Below, piece after piece: positions 12,919 through 25,304 of a stretch of DNA of 39,795 nt (its first letter is position 1; every line of letters begins with the position of its first letter). The notes under the pieces are model-generated. The model worked only from the letters and a program-made list of their open reading frames with translations, had not been told where the DNA came from and made no database searches. A program made the position numbers and the translations under genes. Origin of the DNA: Batkoa obscura (Eukaryota); contig JASVEC010000156.1 of assembly GCA_030770535.1 (NCBI GenBank), positions 1 through 39,795 of the forward strand. The letters run 5' to 3'.

Positions 12919-13578
12919 TTTGAATTTGGTTGTATCTGGTTATTATTTGGTGAATAATATAAAAAATTGTATGATGTAGTGTATTTAGAACTTATAGACT
13001 GAATCCGAAGATTTATGATGTTTTATTGGTGCTATGAGATTTGATTAAATGGTAGCTTATTATTGGTTCAAACTGGAATTTTTTAACTTTTTGACCTTAT
13101 AAATTAGTTTTTCAATGTATTAATCTAATTTATATTATGATAGTATAGTATTAACATACAATATTGTTACTGCATCATGAGTATTTTTTAATAAATGTTG
13201 TATGATAAAACTATAATAAAGAATAAATTTAAGTTTAGTTGAATTAAAGCTATAGTATGACATTTTATTATCCTTGAATTATTTGACACTACTATTTATA
13301 ATAAAAAGTAATTAAATTTATTAAACTCTTATTCAAATTCAAGTTATAAATAAACTCAATTACTATTATCTACAATAAAATAGCTTCCACTCATTAATTA
13401 AGTTATAAATAACTCTTTAAAACTGCATATTTTTATAAAATAACAAATTCCATTCTCTAATTAACCAATGAAATCTTCTGATGTGTTTAAAGTCTTTTAA
13501 GGAAATAACATCAAAAAATAAAACAATAAAATAAAATTTTTAAATCAAAGATAAATTTCTTTTATTCTATATTTCATT

Positions 13579-15110
13579 ATGAATCCCAATGTACCTACAG
13601 AAAAAATGTTAGACATTTTATTAGATGACTTAGAAAGAGTAGAAATTAATGTAAGTGTTTCAATAATACATATTATTTTATTTATAATATCAATAGGGTA
13701 ACCACAACGAACAAAATATTGATAAAGAAGAAAAAGAAGAAACTAATGGATTAGACTTTAGTCAAATAAAACCAAATCAAAGTCAGGAATACTCTAAAGA
13801 ATTGTTATCAGAGGAAGAAGAAGAGTTTCAAAATATTAACATCAATGAACAACAAACAAAAAAGAAAGCTAAACCAACAAAGATACGTATCTCATTAACA
13901 AAAGAAGTCAAAAAAGAAGAAAAAGAAGAAAAAGTCCCACTTACCAATAAAACGAGATTAGTTACCTTACCTGCAAAAGATAGTCAAGAAGAAGAAAAAC
14001 ATCTAAAGGAGTATTTAAATATGATGAAAATAAGTAATGAAAAAGAAAAGAAAAAGGAAGAAGAAAGAAAAGAAAAAATTAAATTATATGAAAAAGAGCA
14101 ACATTTAAGGAAAGAATTATGGGAAACAAAATATTTAGTAGATATTGATAAAAACTTAAAATTAATTTATTCGGATTTATATGATGGTTTGCCTACAGCA
14201 GTTCGAGAAAAAGGATGGCAATTATTTTTTAAAAGAAGTATTAAATCCAATACTAAAAATCAATATTTAAAGCAAATTAATGAAGAAGAATATCAATTTT
14301 TATTAAATCGATTTCAACATTCCAACAATTTAGAATATCAAATTAATCTGGATAAAAATTATCAAAGAATTGAATTACAAATTAAATCCACATTTCCAAA
14401 TCTTCATTTATTTCAAAAAAATTGTCCATATTATCAAAATGTTAAAGATATCTTAATTGCTTATGCTTCACTAAAACCAGAATTATTAATTAAACTAACA
14501 ATTGCTAATTTAGCTTCAATACTACTGTTAAATTTAAATGATTATTGGAGTTTTATTGGATTACAATTATTATGTAATAACCCAGTTTTAGATGCTTTTA
14601 TGTATCATAATAATAATTCCATTTATACAAAGTTTATTGTCAAATTTGAACATGCTTTTTTGGAAAAATTACCAAAGGTAACAAAAGAGAGATCATTTTG
14701 TTATATAATTTTTATTTATATAATTTTATTTTGTTTTAGTTATACCTTCATTTTCAAAAAATTAAACTAAAAAGTGAAATGTATTTACATTCTTGGTAAG
14801 TAATAATGACAATAATCATATGTTTCTATTAATCTGTTGTATTCTATTATTTAGGATCGAAAATTATTATACAAATATGTTAAAATTAGAAGATTGTTTA
14901 ATTTTGTGGGATTACTTAATATTATTACCTGAATCTGAATTTCAATTGTTAATTGAAGTTGGTATTTTAATTTTAAAACATCAAGAAATTCATTTATATA
15001 ATAATCGTATTGATGAAATTTTAAATTATTTAATTAATTTAGAATTACAATTAACTAATTTAAAGCAAAGTTTATTTTTATTATTGAAAAAGGGTAATTT
15101 TATTAAATAA
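13579..15110 (+). CDS. TBC (Rab-GAP) domain protein, TBC1D12/14-like, catalytic fingers apparently lost
   Basis: ATG at 13579, intron 13651-13696, further introns near 14678-14739 and 14796-14854. Motifs LPAKDSQEEEKHLKEY, GLPTAVREKGW, TFPNLHLFQKNCPYY and LILWD. Confidence 0.85.
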
Positions 15111-15228
15111 CTATATCAAAAATAGATTTAATTTATTTTAATTTATTTAATAATAATAATAAAATGTACAGTTTATATATTTATTTTTGTTTGTTTTTTT
15201 ATTTCTACATAGTAATATCAATATTTGG

Positions 15229-15596
15229 TTAAAATTTAAACGTTGTTAAATAAAGGGTAAAATAAGCATCTTTTAAATTAAAATTAAATAATTTTAAATT
15301 TAATAAATTCCTTCTTAATCTTAAATTTTTAAGAAATATTAATTGAATTTTTAAAACAAATAAAGTATCTAAAATAACTTGTTGTTTTGAATGATTTTTA
15401 AAATGAAATTTCATTTTATCAATTAATAATTGTTGAAATTTTATATTGTTTTGTTTGTATTCATAGTTTAATTGGTTTAAATTTTTTAATGAATTTTTAC
15501 TTTTATTTAATAGATTGTATAATTCATGACTATGATTGGTATTATTATATAATAAACATTCATTTAATACTTGGTTAAAATGATTTAATTGATCAC

Positions 15597-15635
<39 letters not shown>

Positions 15636-18460
15636 AATCTTGTATCGATTCATTATATATATTATATTCCTTTTTAAATACAAAATTACTATAATTATGT
15701 TCACTAATTAATTGATTATAATTATTTGTTATACCAAATTTAATTTCAGTATTAAAACATTGATGTGTATTAATTGTATTATCATTGATTTCATCCCAAT
15801 GATAATAATTTGATGTATTATGACATAAATCTGGTATTAGATACTAACAAATTATTAAGTATTAAAGATAAATATCAAGTATTATTATTTGTTAAATCTA
15901 TTTACCTTTTCATATTTTGATTCGAATTTACAATTAAATAAATCATTGATACTATCTAACTCCAATTGTTTGATTATAATACCAAAATTGGGCTCATTGC
16001 TATCAGTGATATTGTTTAAATCAACCTTATTATTACATGACCCACTATTGTTACTGCTATTCACTTGACTGTTATTGTCAACATTTAGCTTACTATCACT
16101 ATTTTTAACTAATTCATCATTAATATCAGTATCCGATCCAATTATATTATTATTATTTGAATTGCTATTATTACTGTTGTTCAATTGGGTGATATTTGCA
16201 CTATTCAATTCATCATTGTTACCGTTACTTGATTCATTCTTATTATTACGATCTAGCTTAATAATGTTATTGTTATCTAATTCCTCATAATTCATAATAT
16301 CTATTTCCTCATGCTCATCGTTAGAACTATCCAATCTAATATTATTCTTATTGTTTACTTTATTATTGTTATTATTGACTGTATTATTGTTTTCATCTAG
16401 TGTATTTTTATTACTAGTGTAGAGCCTATTATTTCTAATAAACCCCAACTCCAAGTCCTTGTTATTAAATAATTCATCCTCGTCATCCTTGTTATTATAT
16501 AGCTCGTCATCGATATTACTTATTTCATCGCTAATAGTAAAATAATCGCTATTACAAGTTAAATTTAAATTTGCTTCATTTAATATTGTGTATTTTGTAT
16601 TAAACTCCAACTCATTTAATAAGTTTAACTCAGTAGTAATTTCATAATTAAATATCTTTAATAATTGTTGAATATTTAATTGATTATTCCCGTCCTTTAT
16701 ATTATTACTCATACTACTATATTTCAGTACGTTATTACTCTCGTTATTATTATCCGTTGTCTCATTCAAATAATAAACATTTAAATAACTCAATATTCTT
16801 CTAATATCAAAATTCAACATATAAATTAACTTTTTAATACAATTTAGCTCCATGATTTTTTGATATTTTAGTCCTATTAATTGTAGAAATAAAATTAATT
16901 GCTGTTCATTCCAAGGTTTGAATTTTATGTTTTTATAGACCATTGTTTTTGGTATTTGATCATTTATTGAATCTAAAAACATTAAGATAAATTATAGCAC
17001 TACTATAAAAAATTTATAATAACTTACCATTACTAATAAGTATAAACGGCCTTTTACTTAAGTTAGCAATTTGAATTAAGCTGCTTAAAAAGTTTTTATC
17101 ACTTGAAAATAAAATATCTACTTCTTCAATTAATATCAATAAATTTGATTTCTTGTTACTCTTATTGCTACCATTTAATAGTCTATTAGTATGATTTTTT
17201 TTCACCAGGTGATTATTCGATAACTCCAATAGCAACTGATTTAATTCTTTATTGGATCTTTTATTTGTAGAATTAATTTCCAATATTTGATAATTGCATT
17301 CTTCTGCACATAGATAAATACAGCTTGTTTTTCCTACTCCATGGCTACCATAAATCAATAAAAAAGGTTCCATTTTATTGGCTTTCTTTTTCTCTTTAGT
17401 TATCTTCTTTTTACTTTTCTTTTTTCTACTTCCATAGTCCTCTTCTTCATTTTCTTTTATTTTTTCTCTCAAGTTCATCATTTCATTATAAATTTCTTCT
17501 TCTTCATTATCATCATAAATAGTATTATCTTCTGGTATTAACTTCCAATAACTCAACCACGTTTTAATTTTTATAATACTATCTTTATTATTTATAAAAC
17601 CTCCGTTTTTTTGTGCCGAAAAATTATTTAATAAATCTTTATTGCTATTTGTATTTTTATTAAATGAACTAAAAATTGATTTTTGATTACTATATAGCTC
17701 ATTTTGTTGAAATAAATTAAACATTGTTTCGAATGAAGGTAAATAAACCGATCCTTTCTCTGATTTAACTATCCCTTTTTTCTTATTAACATCAAATTTA
17801 AAATCATCTATTGCTTTGTTCCTTTCGCTCTCTTTCCCACCATCAATAACATTATCTTTCTTATTATACACGTCCTCATTTTTATAAATATCATTAATGA
17901 TTTCTTTTTCCACTATAATTACCTCTTTTCTCTCTTTAATATTAAATTTAAAATCCTCTGCCGTCTTACTACCATCGCTCTTTTTCCCATCATCATTAAC
18001 ATTCTCCTCCTCTTTTTTATCTGTCATACTTTCATTCCCATAGACAGCTTTAAAATAATAATCATAGTATTCCTTATCCGGATAAGGAGTTGATGTTAGT
18101 TCTTTATATGTCCATAATTGCTTAACTGATAAATTATTACTACCCATTTCCCATTTTTTATTAAATAAACTATAATATTTTTTATTAGTGGATTCTTTTT
18201 TGTTGGCTTCTAAAGAATCATCTAATACTATACTATCTTCCAGCTTTATTTCTTTATCTGTTTCGTTAATAGTATTTGCTTCATTATCTATAGCAACATC
18301 TTCTGTTTCTTTTAAACGAAAAAAGTATTAGTTGAGTTCAAAATAGTTATAGATTAACTTGAATTTTATTTCATATACAGAAATACTTACCTAATTTATT
18401 CTTCTTTTTTGGTATTATTAAAAAATAATTGGTCAATTTATTTTCTTTTCGTTTATTCAT
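15229..18460 (-). CDS. ELG1: Elg1/ATAD5 large subunit of the alternative RFC (PCNA unloader), multi-exon
   Basis: QLWTYK, Walker A GSHGVGKT, ILEINSTNKRS, Walker B LILIEEVDILF, SKRPFILISN and DIRR motifs. First exon 18460-18391 (MNKRKENKLTNYF, PIP-like). Asn-rich insertions. Confidence 0.88.
15597..15633. repeat. (TAT)n microsatellite encoding poly-Asn in Elg1
   Basis: About 12 uninterrupted TAT units. Confidence 0.9.
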
Positions 18461-18963
18461 ACTGACATTAACACTTCCTTCTAATAATTTAATGTTTACT
18501 GCTCCTTATTAATCGTAGTCTAATAATCCTTTTAAGTTAAATTGAATATAAGCATTTTAAGTTTTGATTAATTGGCCTTTAATTGGATAATAAATTTTAA
18601 CTTAAATTGTAGAATGTTAAAAATATTTGATTGGGTTGGAAAAATGCTAACAACTGCTAAGAAAAACGTGTAACTTGAAGCCTTGAAATTGGTCAAACCA
18701 TATGTCAAAAAAGTAGATGTGTTGGTAGGTTTGGATAGCAACCATCTTGAGTATATTATACCATATTAGTATAATGATACAAAAAAAATCAAATAAAAAA
18801 TGCAATATTTATTTAGAAGTATAAGTAGTTTTACTAAAGCCGGGAGTAAAAGAAAGATGAATACATATTTAGATGCTCTTTAAACCCAATATTTATGTTA
18901 CTTGGACTCAAATTGTTAAAATAAATTTCTTAAATTCTCATATGATGTAACAATAAAACATAT

Positions 18964-19059
18964 GGGGGATGTATTTTTTTGTTTAAGAATTTTACTACAA
19001 TTTTTCCACTCAAATAGTGCTTAAAAAATGGAAAGATAATGAAACTAAAAAACAGCCCC
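18964..19059 (+). mobile_element. ~98-bp MITE copy 4
   Basis: ATAT-GGGGGATGTATTTTTTTGTTTAAG...AAACAGCCCC-ATAT. Confidence 0.92.
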
Positions 19060-19084
19060 ATATAATAAAGCAAAAAAGGCCTTT

Positions 19085-20315
19085 TTATCTTCAGGTATAT
19101 AATTTACAACAAGTAGTATACGAGTAGCACCAATATGATTACAATCAAATTCATTTTCTCCCCAAGTAAAGCTTAAAATTTTGATTTTTCCAAGGTTCGG
19201 GAAAAGCGATACAAAATGAACAAGCTCTTTAATTGTGATATAACTGGAGTGAACTTACTTAAATTTGTTTTGTAGAGTTGCACTAAATTAAATTGTATCC
19301 CTTTTTGTAGAAATCTTCTCTATTAAAAATTTTGTTGTTAAATTTTTGATATTTAAGGCGTAAATCATGAAAATGTATAGTTTGAATGTTTGCTTGTGAA
19401 GATATCTTGATGGTTCTTTTGTTACATACACGAAATTTACTTCTTTTGAAGCTGGTAGCTTTAGAAACCTAGAACTAATTCGATACCTTGGAGTAAAATA
19501 ACATAAGGCAATGTTTCTTCTCTTTTCAGTCATTTTGAAGCCCATAAAATCTAAATGGGGATGTATTTTTGTGTTTAAGGATTTTACTAATAATTTTTCT
19601 GCTCAAATGGCGCTTAAAAGGTGGAAAAAGTAATGAAACCAAAAAAAACATCCCCAAATCATAGTTCTCAATATTTAATAGCTTTACTTTTTTTTAATTA
19701 TTTTGAATCACCAAAAGAGTTGTCAGCATAGGTTGAACCAAAACAAACAACTTCGAATTCTGACTTAAAGTTCGAATTTATATTCGGATTAAGTTTATTA
19801 GGGTTATACTTGAATGCACCAAATAACATTAATGCTTTTAAATTAGTAAACTTGGTTTTAAGTATATATATTCCATCAAAGTGAAGTGTATGTTCTACAT
19901 CTAATATGAGTGACATTAATTTGTTTGGATTTAAATAGTTAGCAATATTTCTAGTTAACATAACATCCGTTGTATAAAATTCCAATATTTTGATAAAGTA
20001 TCTGGTCTGTATATATCGTACATCGATATTAGACTTGAACACGTATTTAGTTACTTGGTATTTCTTTATTAATTACATTAATATATTTGATTAAGCCAAA
20101 ATCTTTTTTGATAAATTTTATTTGATAGTCTCAATATGTACAACTGTTTTCTTCATTATACATTAAGTTGAATTGTACTTGATCGCTCTAGCTATGATAT
20201 TGAATAAATCTTTGCTTAAAAAACACAAATCAATCACATCTTTTGGATCTAATGATTTGAGTATAGTTTCTAACAATATGTCAGTCAATACGTCGGTCAA
20301 TCAGTCAAGCTTCAA
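19085..20315 (-). pseudogene. F-box-like/LRR-like paralog C (decayed, MITE-interrupted)
   Basis: Minus strand gives LTDILLETILKSLDPKDVIDLCFLSKDLFNIIARAIKYNST. ORF 19698-20042 has YLNPNKLMSLILD and DGIYILKTKF. Frameshifts present; ends approximate. Confidence 0.85.
19557..19655 (+). mobile_element. ~98-bp MITE copy 5
   Basis: AAAT-GGGGATGTATTTTTGTG...AAAAAAAACATCCCC-AAAT; perfect 4-bp TSD AAAT. Confidence 0.95.
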
Positions 20316-20702
20316 TGTTGCTTAGAAGTACTGTAAATTACAAAAAGATAGCTTGAATTGATTTTTTATATATTTTGGCATATCAATGAATTCTATCAAC
20401 AAAGCATATACAAAATAGCACTACTGAGACAGCTTATTGTTGATTAGATGAATTTGAGCTAACTTTAAGCTATTATTTAACTTAGCATAAATAAAATAAA
20501 ATAGTAAAAATAAAATCTTATCCATTTTTAAAATGAAATAATAAAAATTATTATTTTATTTATATGATTTCTTTACTTCACCTTTTCATTATAATTATAT
20601 TAATTCAACCCTACTTCAAAAGTTATATTAAAGTAAAAGTTAACTCTATATTATATATATAAAGTCGTTTTGATCTATTTTGTCGCTTATCATAGTCTAT
20701 AC

Positions 20703-21102
20703 TGTGAAATCTGGTACTCAGGGTTTGGAGTCAAGAGCAGCTATTGCTGGGTTGACTACACTATAAGTCGAAAGGTCTTAGTTTATGTGACTAAGATAGA
20801 CTTGGGTTATGAGGAATAGCACGTAATAGGTTACAAGCTATATAAGACAAATAGAATAGACAATACTAATGTAAAATCTATGTAAAATACTATTAAGAAA
20901 ACTTAGTGGCTTTATTAAATGTTCGAGATATCAGGGAATAATTCAGTTAAAAAGCCTCGAACTATTATACTCTGTAAACTCTTTTATACTCTGAAAAGTA
21001 TAAGTATCAAAATGAGAAGATAATATTCTTTTGGGTGGAACTAGAAATTCTCATAACAAATCAAAATAATTAACCATGGGACTGACAAAGCGATATTTCA
21101 TA
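20703..21102. mobile_element. 400-bp TGTGAAAT...ATTTCA(T)A element (probable solo LTR), copy 2, inverted relative to copy 1
   Basis: Reverse complement of 4612-5074 with a 63-bp internal deletion; perfect 4-bp TSD ATAC (20699-20702 / 21103-21106). Confidence 0.88.
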
Positions 21103-21183
21103 ATACTCTCATCTTTAGATTTTATAAATAAATATATTAAAAATTGTAACTTTTTATTGAAAGCAGTTTGAGTTTCAGTATAT

Positions 21184-21282
21184 AGGAGTGTTCTTTTTGA
21201 CTTCATTATTTTTTCCGATTTTTAAGCACTATTTAAGCAGAAAACTTGTTAGTAAAATTCTTAAACACAAAAATACATCTCC
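21184..21282 (-). mobile_element. ~98-bp MITE copy 6 (first of tandem pair)
   Basis: ATAT-AGGAGTGTTCTTTTTGACTTCATT...AAATACATCTCC-ATAT. Confidence 0.9.
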
Positions 21283-21286
21283 ATAT

Positions 21287-21385
21287 AGGGGTGTTTTATT
21301 TGATTTTATTACTTTTTTTATCTCTTAGACATTATTTGAGTGAAAAAATTATTAGCAAAATTTCTAAATACAAAAATACATCCCC
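21287..21385 (-). mobile_element. ~98-bp MITE copy 7 (second of tandem pair)
   Basis: ATAT-AGGGGTGTTTTATTTGATTTTATT...AAATACATCCCC-ATAT. Confidence 0.9.
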
Positions 21386-22224
21386 ATATTTATAAAATAA
21401 AGATCCAATACTTTGAATATTTAAATTGAAGTAGCTTTAATAATATAAAGCAGATGGATAAAGAGTTCTTATATAAATGAGTATAGAAATGATTCAATCA
21501 AATCAATTTAACCATAGTTCCTGTTATTAAGTGGGCTTATTTATCATTTTCATAAAATCATAGTTCCTTACTGCAAGCTATATATAACAGTTTTTTTCAA
21601 AATCCGAGCACTTTAGGGGCTTCGTACTTTATTTATGAAACATGATTTATTTATAGATTACATCGAAGAGATTTAATGGAACGTTATTATCACATTAGCA
21701 CAAGGGTATATTTGGGCTTAAAATTTCAGATCTTGGAAAATTCTAGCAAGGTTTGTTTATTGAGAGCTGTCCCATAGGCGCATGGATTCTGTCTATGGCA
21801 ATTCTAAATTTTGTGAAAATGAAAGATTTACAATCCATGTGAAATGAGGTAGGGGTAGTAAAATTACAGTTAAAAATTACTTCATGACTAGACCAGCATA
21901 AGGATCTGGAGCCAACAATAATGATACACCAACTGGTTCATCTTTATATTGTGAGTAAAGAGAGAGGCTAAATCTATTATCTTACCAGGATCAAGGGCTG
22001 AAGAACTGAAGAACTGAAGAAACCTTTACCCATATCAAACCAAAGCTATTCATAGAATGGGCGCAAGTAAGAATGATGGAAGGGGTCTTGATTCCTTAGA
22101 GATAGAGGACGTATAAGTTGGTAGTTTTGGAGAAAGCATGAATTCTCCTTAAACTAGTGATGTAAATGCCATTAACCTTTCATAATAATTATTTTATTCT
22201 GCCGAAGCGAAGCTACTAATATAT

Positions 22225-22322
22225 AGGGATGTATTTTTGTATTTAAGAATTTTACTGACAATTTTTCCACATAAACAGTGCTTAAAAAATCAAAAAATAA
22301 TGAAAATAAAAAAAACAGCCCC
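22225..22322 (+). mobile_element. ~98-bp MITE copy 8
   Basis: ATAT-AGGGATGTATTTTTGTATTTAAG...AAAACAGCCCC-ATAT. Confidence 0.92.
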
Positions 22323-22858
22323 ATATATTGTTCTTTATTGAAGCTGGGCTTTATAAAATAAATCCAAATGAAAGCTTTTAAAGCTGTTACATATATATAT
22401 GAGATATCATTCACAATGCAATCAATATGTTACTAGTATTAAATAGCTGTCAATGTAGGCACATAATGGGATTTAAATATTTCACACTAAATACGGAATT
22501 AAGATCTAACATATTTAAAAATATTAGCCTTTACTAAGGGATCGAAACCAAACAGGGTTGAAAATTCAAGGAACTGTCTTGAAAAGGGAGTTATTGCATT
22601 GCTTTGATACAAAAGATAATTATAAATTATATAAAGGTTGGCTATTCAGTGTATGGTTTGAATTAAAAAACTTTACCTGATATCACAACTATGTGATACC
22701 CACTACTCAATATAATAAAATTGTTTAATTATTGTTGGAGTTTAAATTAAATTATGAAACAAATCAGTAGAGTTCAATATAAATAAGACCAATTAATAAA
22801 TAAAACGACTTGATCATAAAATAAAAATACTCAAACACGATTAACTATGACTAATTTT

Positions 22859-24170
22859 TTATAGCTTTATCCAATTCAGTGATAGAATATGCCTTACTAA
22901 AACATTAAAAACATCTTCCCTGTAATTTACCATAAGCGTAATTAGTAACAAGAGAGTAGTATGCTTATAATCAGGTTCTACACTTTGATTTTTTAATGAA
23001 ACATTTAACATCAGTTATTCCAAATTTTGTGGAAAGGAATCCTCTAGTTGCAGTATGACAGTAATTGGCTTGAACTTGTTTAACAAATTTGCACTTAATT
23101 GAACTATATCCATTATGAAAATCATTTATAGAAAAACTGGGACTATCATGTAGTTTACAGTAAAGATATAAACTAAAAATATAGATAGTTTGAATATTTT
23201 GGAATAAAGAGATTGGATTTAAGAGGTCTCTAGATAAAAACTTGAAATAGACTTTTAAAGTAGATAATTTTGAAAAATTATAATTGATTATTTTGTCTGA
23301 ATCAAAGCAATCTAATGCAACAACATTGTTGTTTTTAATAAATTTGAAGTCATAGTAATCATCTTTGGTATCTGAATAGAAACTGATACAACCTATTAAC
23401 CCTATACTTTTTAAGTCTTTCAAGTCCTCAAATTCATTAAAACAAAAATCATAGTTTGTTGCATTTCGCGTAATTTCCAAATCTAAATTGAGATTGGATT
23501 TTGTATCTATGTTAATCGTTAAATGATCAGTCAAACGTAGCAGAGGCTAATTTCAGTGTTTCCAAATTGATGAATTTTATTTTAATTATATTTAATCCAT
23601 CAAAGTTTAAGTATTCCCCTATATTTATAATAAGTGACTCTAATTTATTTGGGTTTAAATGTCTAACTATATCTCGAATTGACGCATTAGATTTTTGATA
23701 TTTAAATGTATGAAGTTGTTTAGAATATTGGCCAAATGGACTTAATATTAGCCTAAAAAGACTAATTAGTAGTCAATTTTTCTAATTTTATTAATTTTGA
23801 CATCTCAATAGTTAATCTTACATTTTTATTATTATTACTGCTAGAATTATTACAAACACAATCTGTACTTAAATATCATGTGTATCTTAAATCTATACAA
23901 TAGTTTAAATACTCAAGATCCTTGCTTTCAGTATCCATATGTTTTATAAATAATCGATTTTCTTCAACAAGTTCCTATTAATATTCCCAATATTTAGTAA
24001 AGCTAGTTTGATTATATAGTTAATAAGTTGAGTTATACATCACTTACTTTGTTTGCAATGTTAAATAACTCTTTATTTAAGAAACACAAATCGATTGACT
24101 CTTCTGGATTTACTGGTTTAAAGGCTTCTTTTAGTAATATATCAGATAGTTTATCAAATTCTAATTGCAT
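22859..24170 (-). pseudogene. F-box-like/LRR-like paralog D (full length, frameshifted)
   Basis: Starts MQLEFDKLSDILLKEAFKPVNPEESIDLCFLNKELFNIA and ends ILSLNWIKL*. ORF 22971-23534 is homologous to 3179-3892. Several frameshifts and stops. Confidence 0.88.
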
Positions 24171-24488
24171 TTCGGAATTATATAATCGAAAAAAAAGGGA
24201 AAGAATTAAATATTGATTTTGTTGATTTTAGCTCCTAATTGAACTTTATGGACAAAAATTTAGTCAAGATACTGCTACGTACTGGAATACTATTGGCTAA
24301 ACATTTTAAATTTACCTTTTAAAGTACGAGGTTTGACTAATTTACTAAATTAAGTTGGATAGTAAAACTTAAGAAAGGCTAGAATGTCAAAATGCTAAAA
24401 GCAATTTTTCTATATCCCTACTGTATTTCTAAATCACCTTATTTCTATAACAATTAACAATAAACGTAATCTGGTTATTTAAATATTT

Positions 24489-24585
24489 GGGGCTATTTTT
24501 TTTGGTTTCATTATTTTTCCATTTTTAAGCGCTATTTGAGTGGAAAGATTGTAGTAAAATTCTCAAACAAAAAAAACACATTTTC
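24489..24585 (-). mobile_element. ~98-bp MITE copy 9
   Basis: ATTT-GGGGCTATTTTTTTTGGTTTCATT...AAACACATTTTC-ATTT; TSD ATTT. Confidence 0.9.
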
Positions 24586-24905
24586 ATTTATTGTACTATT
24601 TTTATAGAAGTAATACCAATTTGTTAGGTGTGGATTAGATCATTTAATACAGAGTTTAAATAGTGGGGACTTTATTAAACATGATGTAAGTACATTTTAC
24701 TTAAGAGTTGATTTTTGTGTAAATTTATTAAATATTATGATCTGTTATCTAATAAAGCATAAAATAAAACATTAAGGTTTAAGGTGTATTAGTATGACAA
24801 CATTTTAAATTTTATAGAACCACATAAAAAAATATATTTAATTTATACATAACATGATTCAATAATAAAAATAAATGTTAAAATGTAGCTTATTACCTGA
24901 ATTAT

Positions 24906-25300
24906 TTATAATTTCATCTGATTTAAAAATGAGATATATTTTGATGAACTATCAAGGAATGTCTCATCACAACCTTTTAAAGCTATGATAAGTAATAGTG
25001 GAGTAGTATTAATATATTTATAATCAAGGTCTCATCTACGCTTTTTAAACTCAAGTAATTAGCTTTAACTATTTCAAGTTTTGGAAAAAACAATATAAGG
25101 TAAAAGGACCCTGATTTTAATCTTAAAGTAGCTAATTTCAGTTTTTTTGATAAACTTACATTTGGTTAAATTATAGTTATCACATTTAAAAAATATACCA
25201 TTTTTAGGTTGGTTATTAAGGAAGTTTTTATTAGCAAAATAAATCGATTGAATATCTGTGATTAGTGAAATGAGGTTTAGTAACTCAATAAACAATTAGC
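24906..25300 (-). pseudogene. F-box-like/LRR-like paralog E, 3' fragment only
   Basis: ELLNLISLITDIQSIYF, YNLTKCKFIKK and terminal KYISFLNQMKL* match the family C-terminus. Truncated at the transposon's left TIR. Confidence 0.8.
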
Positions 25301-25304
25301 ATAT

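Noticed and set aside
11278..12979. Plus-strand ORFs 11278-11487 and 12710-12979
   Set aside because: Antisense to coatomer beta exons.
16075..16290. Leu-rich plus-strand ORF
   Set aside because: Antisense reading of the Asn-rich Elg1 sequence.
19288..19545. 85-aa minus-strand ORF as a separate gene
   Set aside because: It is a frameshifted piece of pseudogene C.
22172..22414. 80-aa minus-strand ORF
   Set aside because: Much of it is MITE copy 8; a chance ORF.
24028..24216. 62-aa plus-strand ORF (also 29660-29899)
   Set aside because: Antisense to F-box-family pseudogenes D and F.
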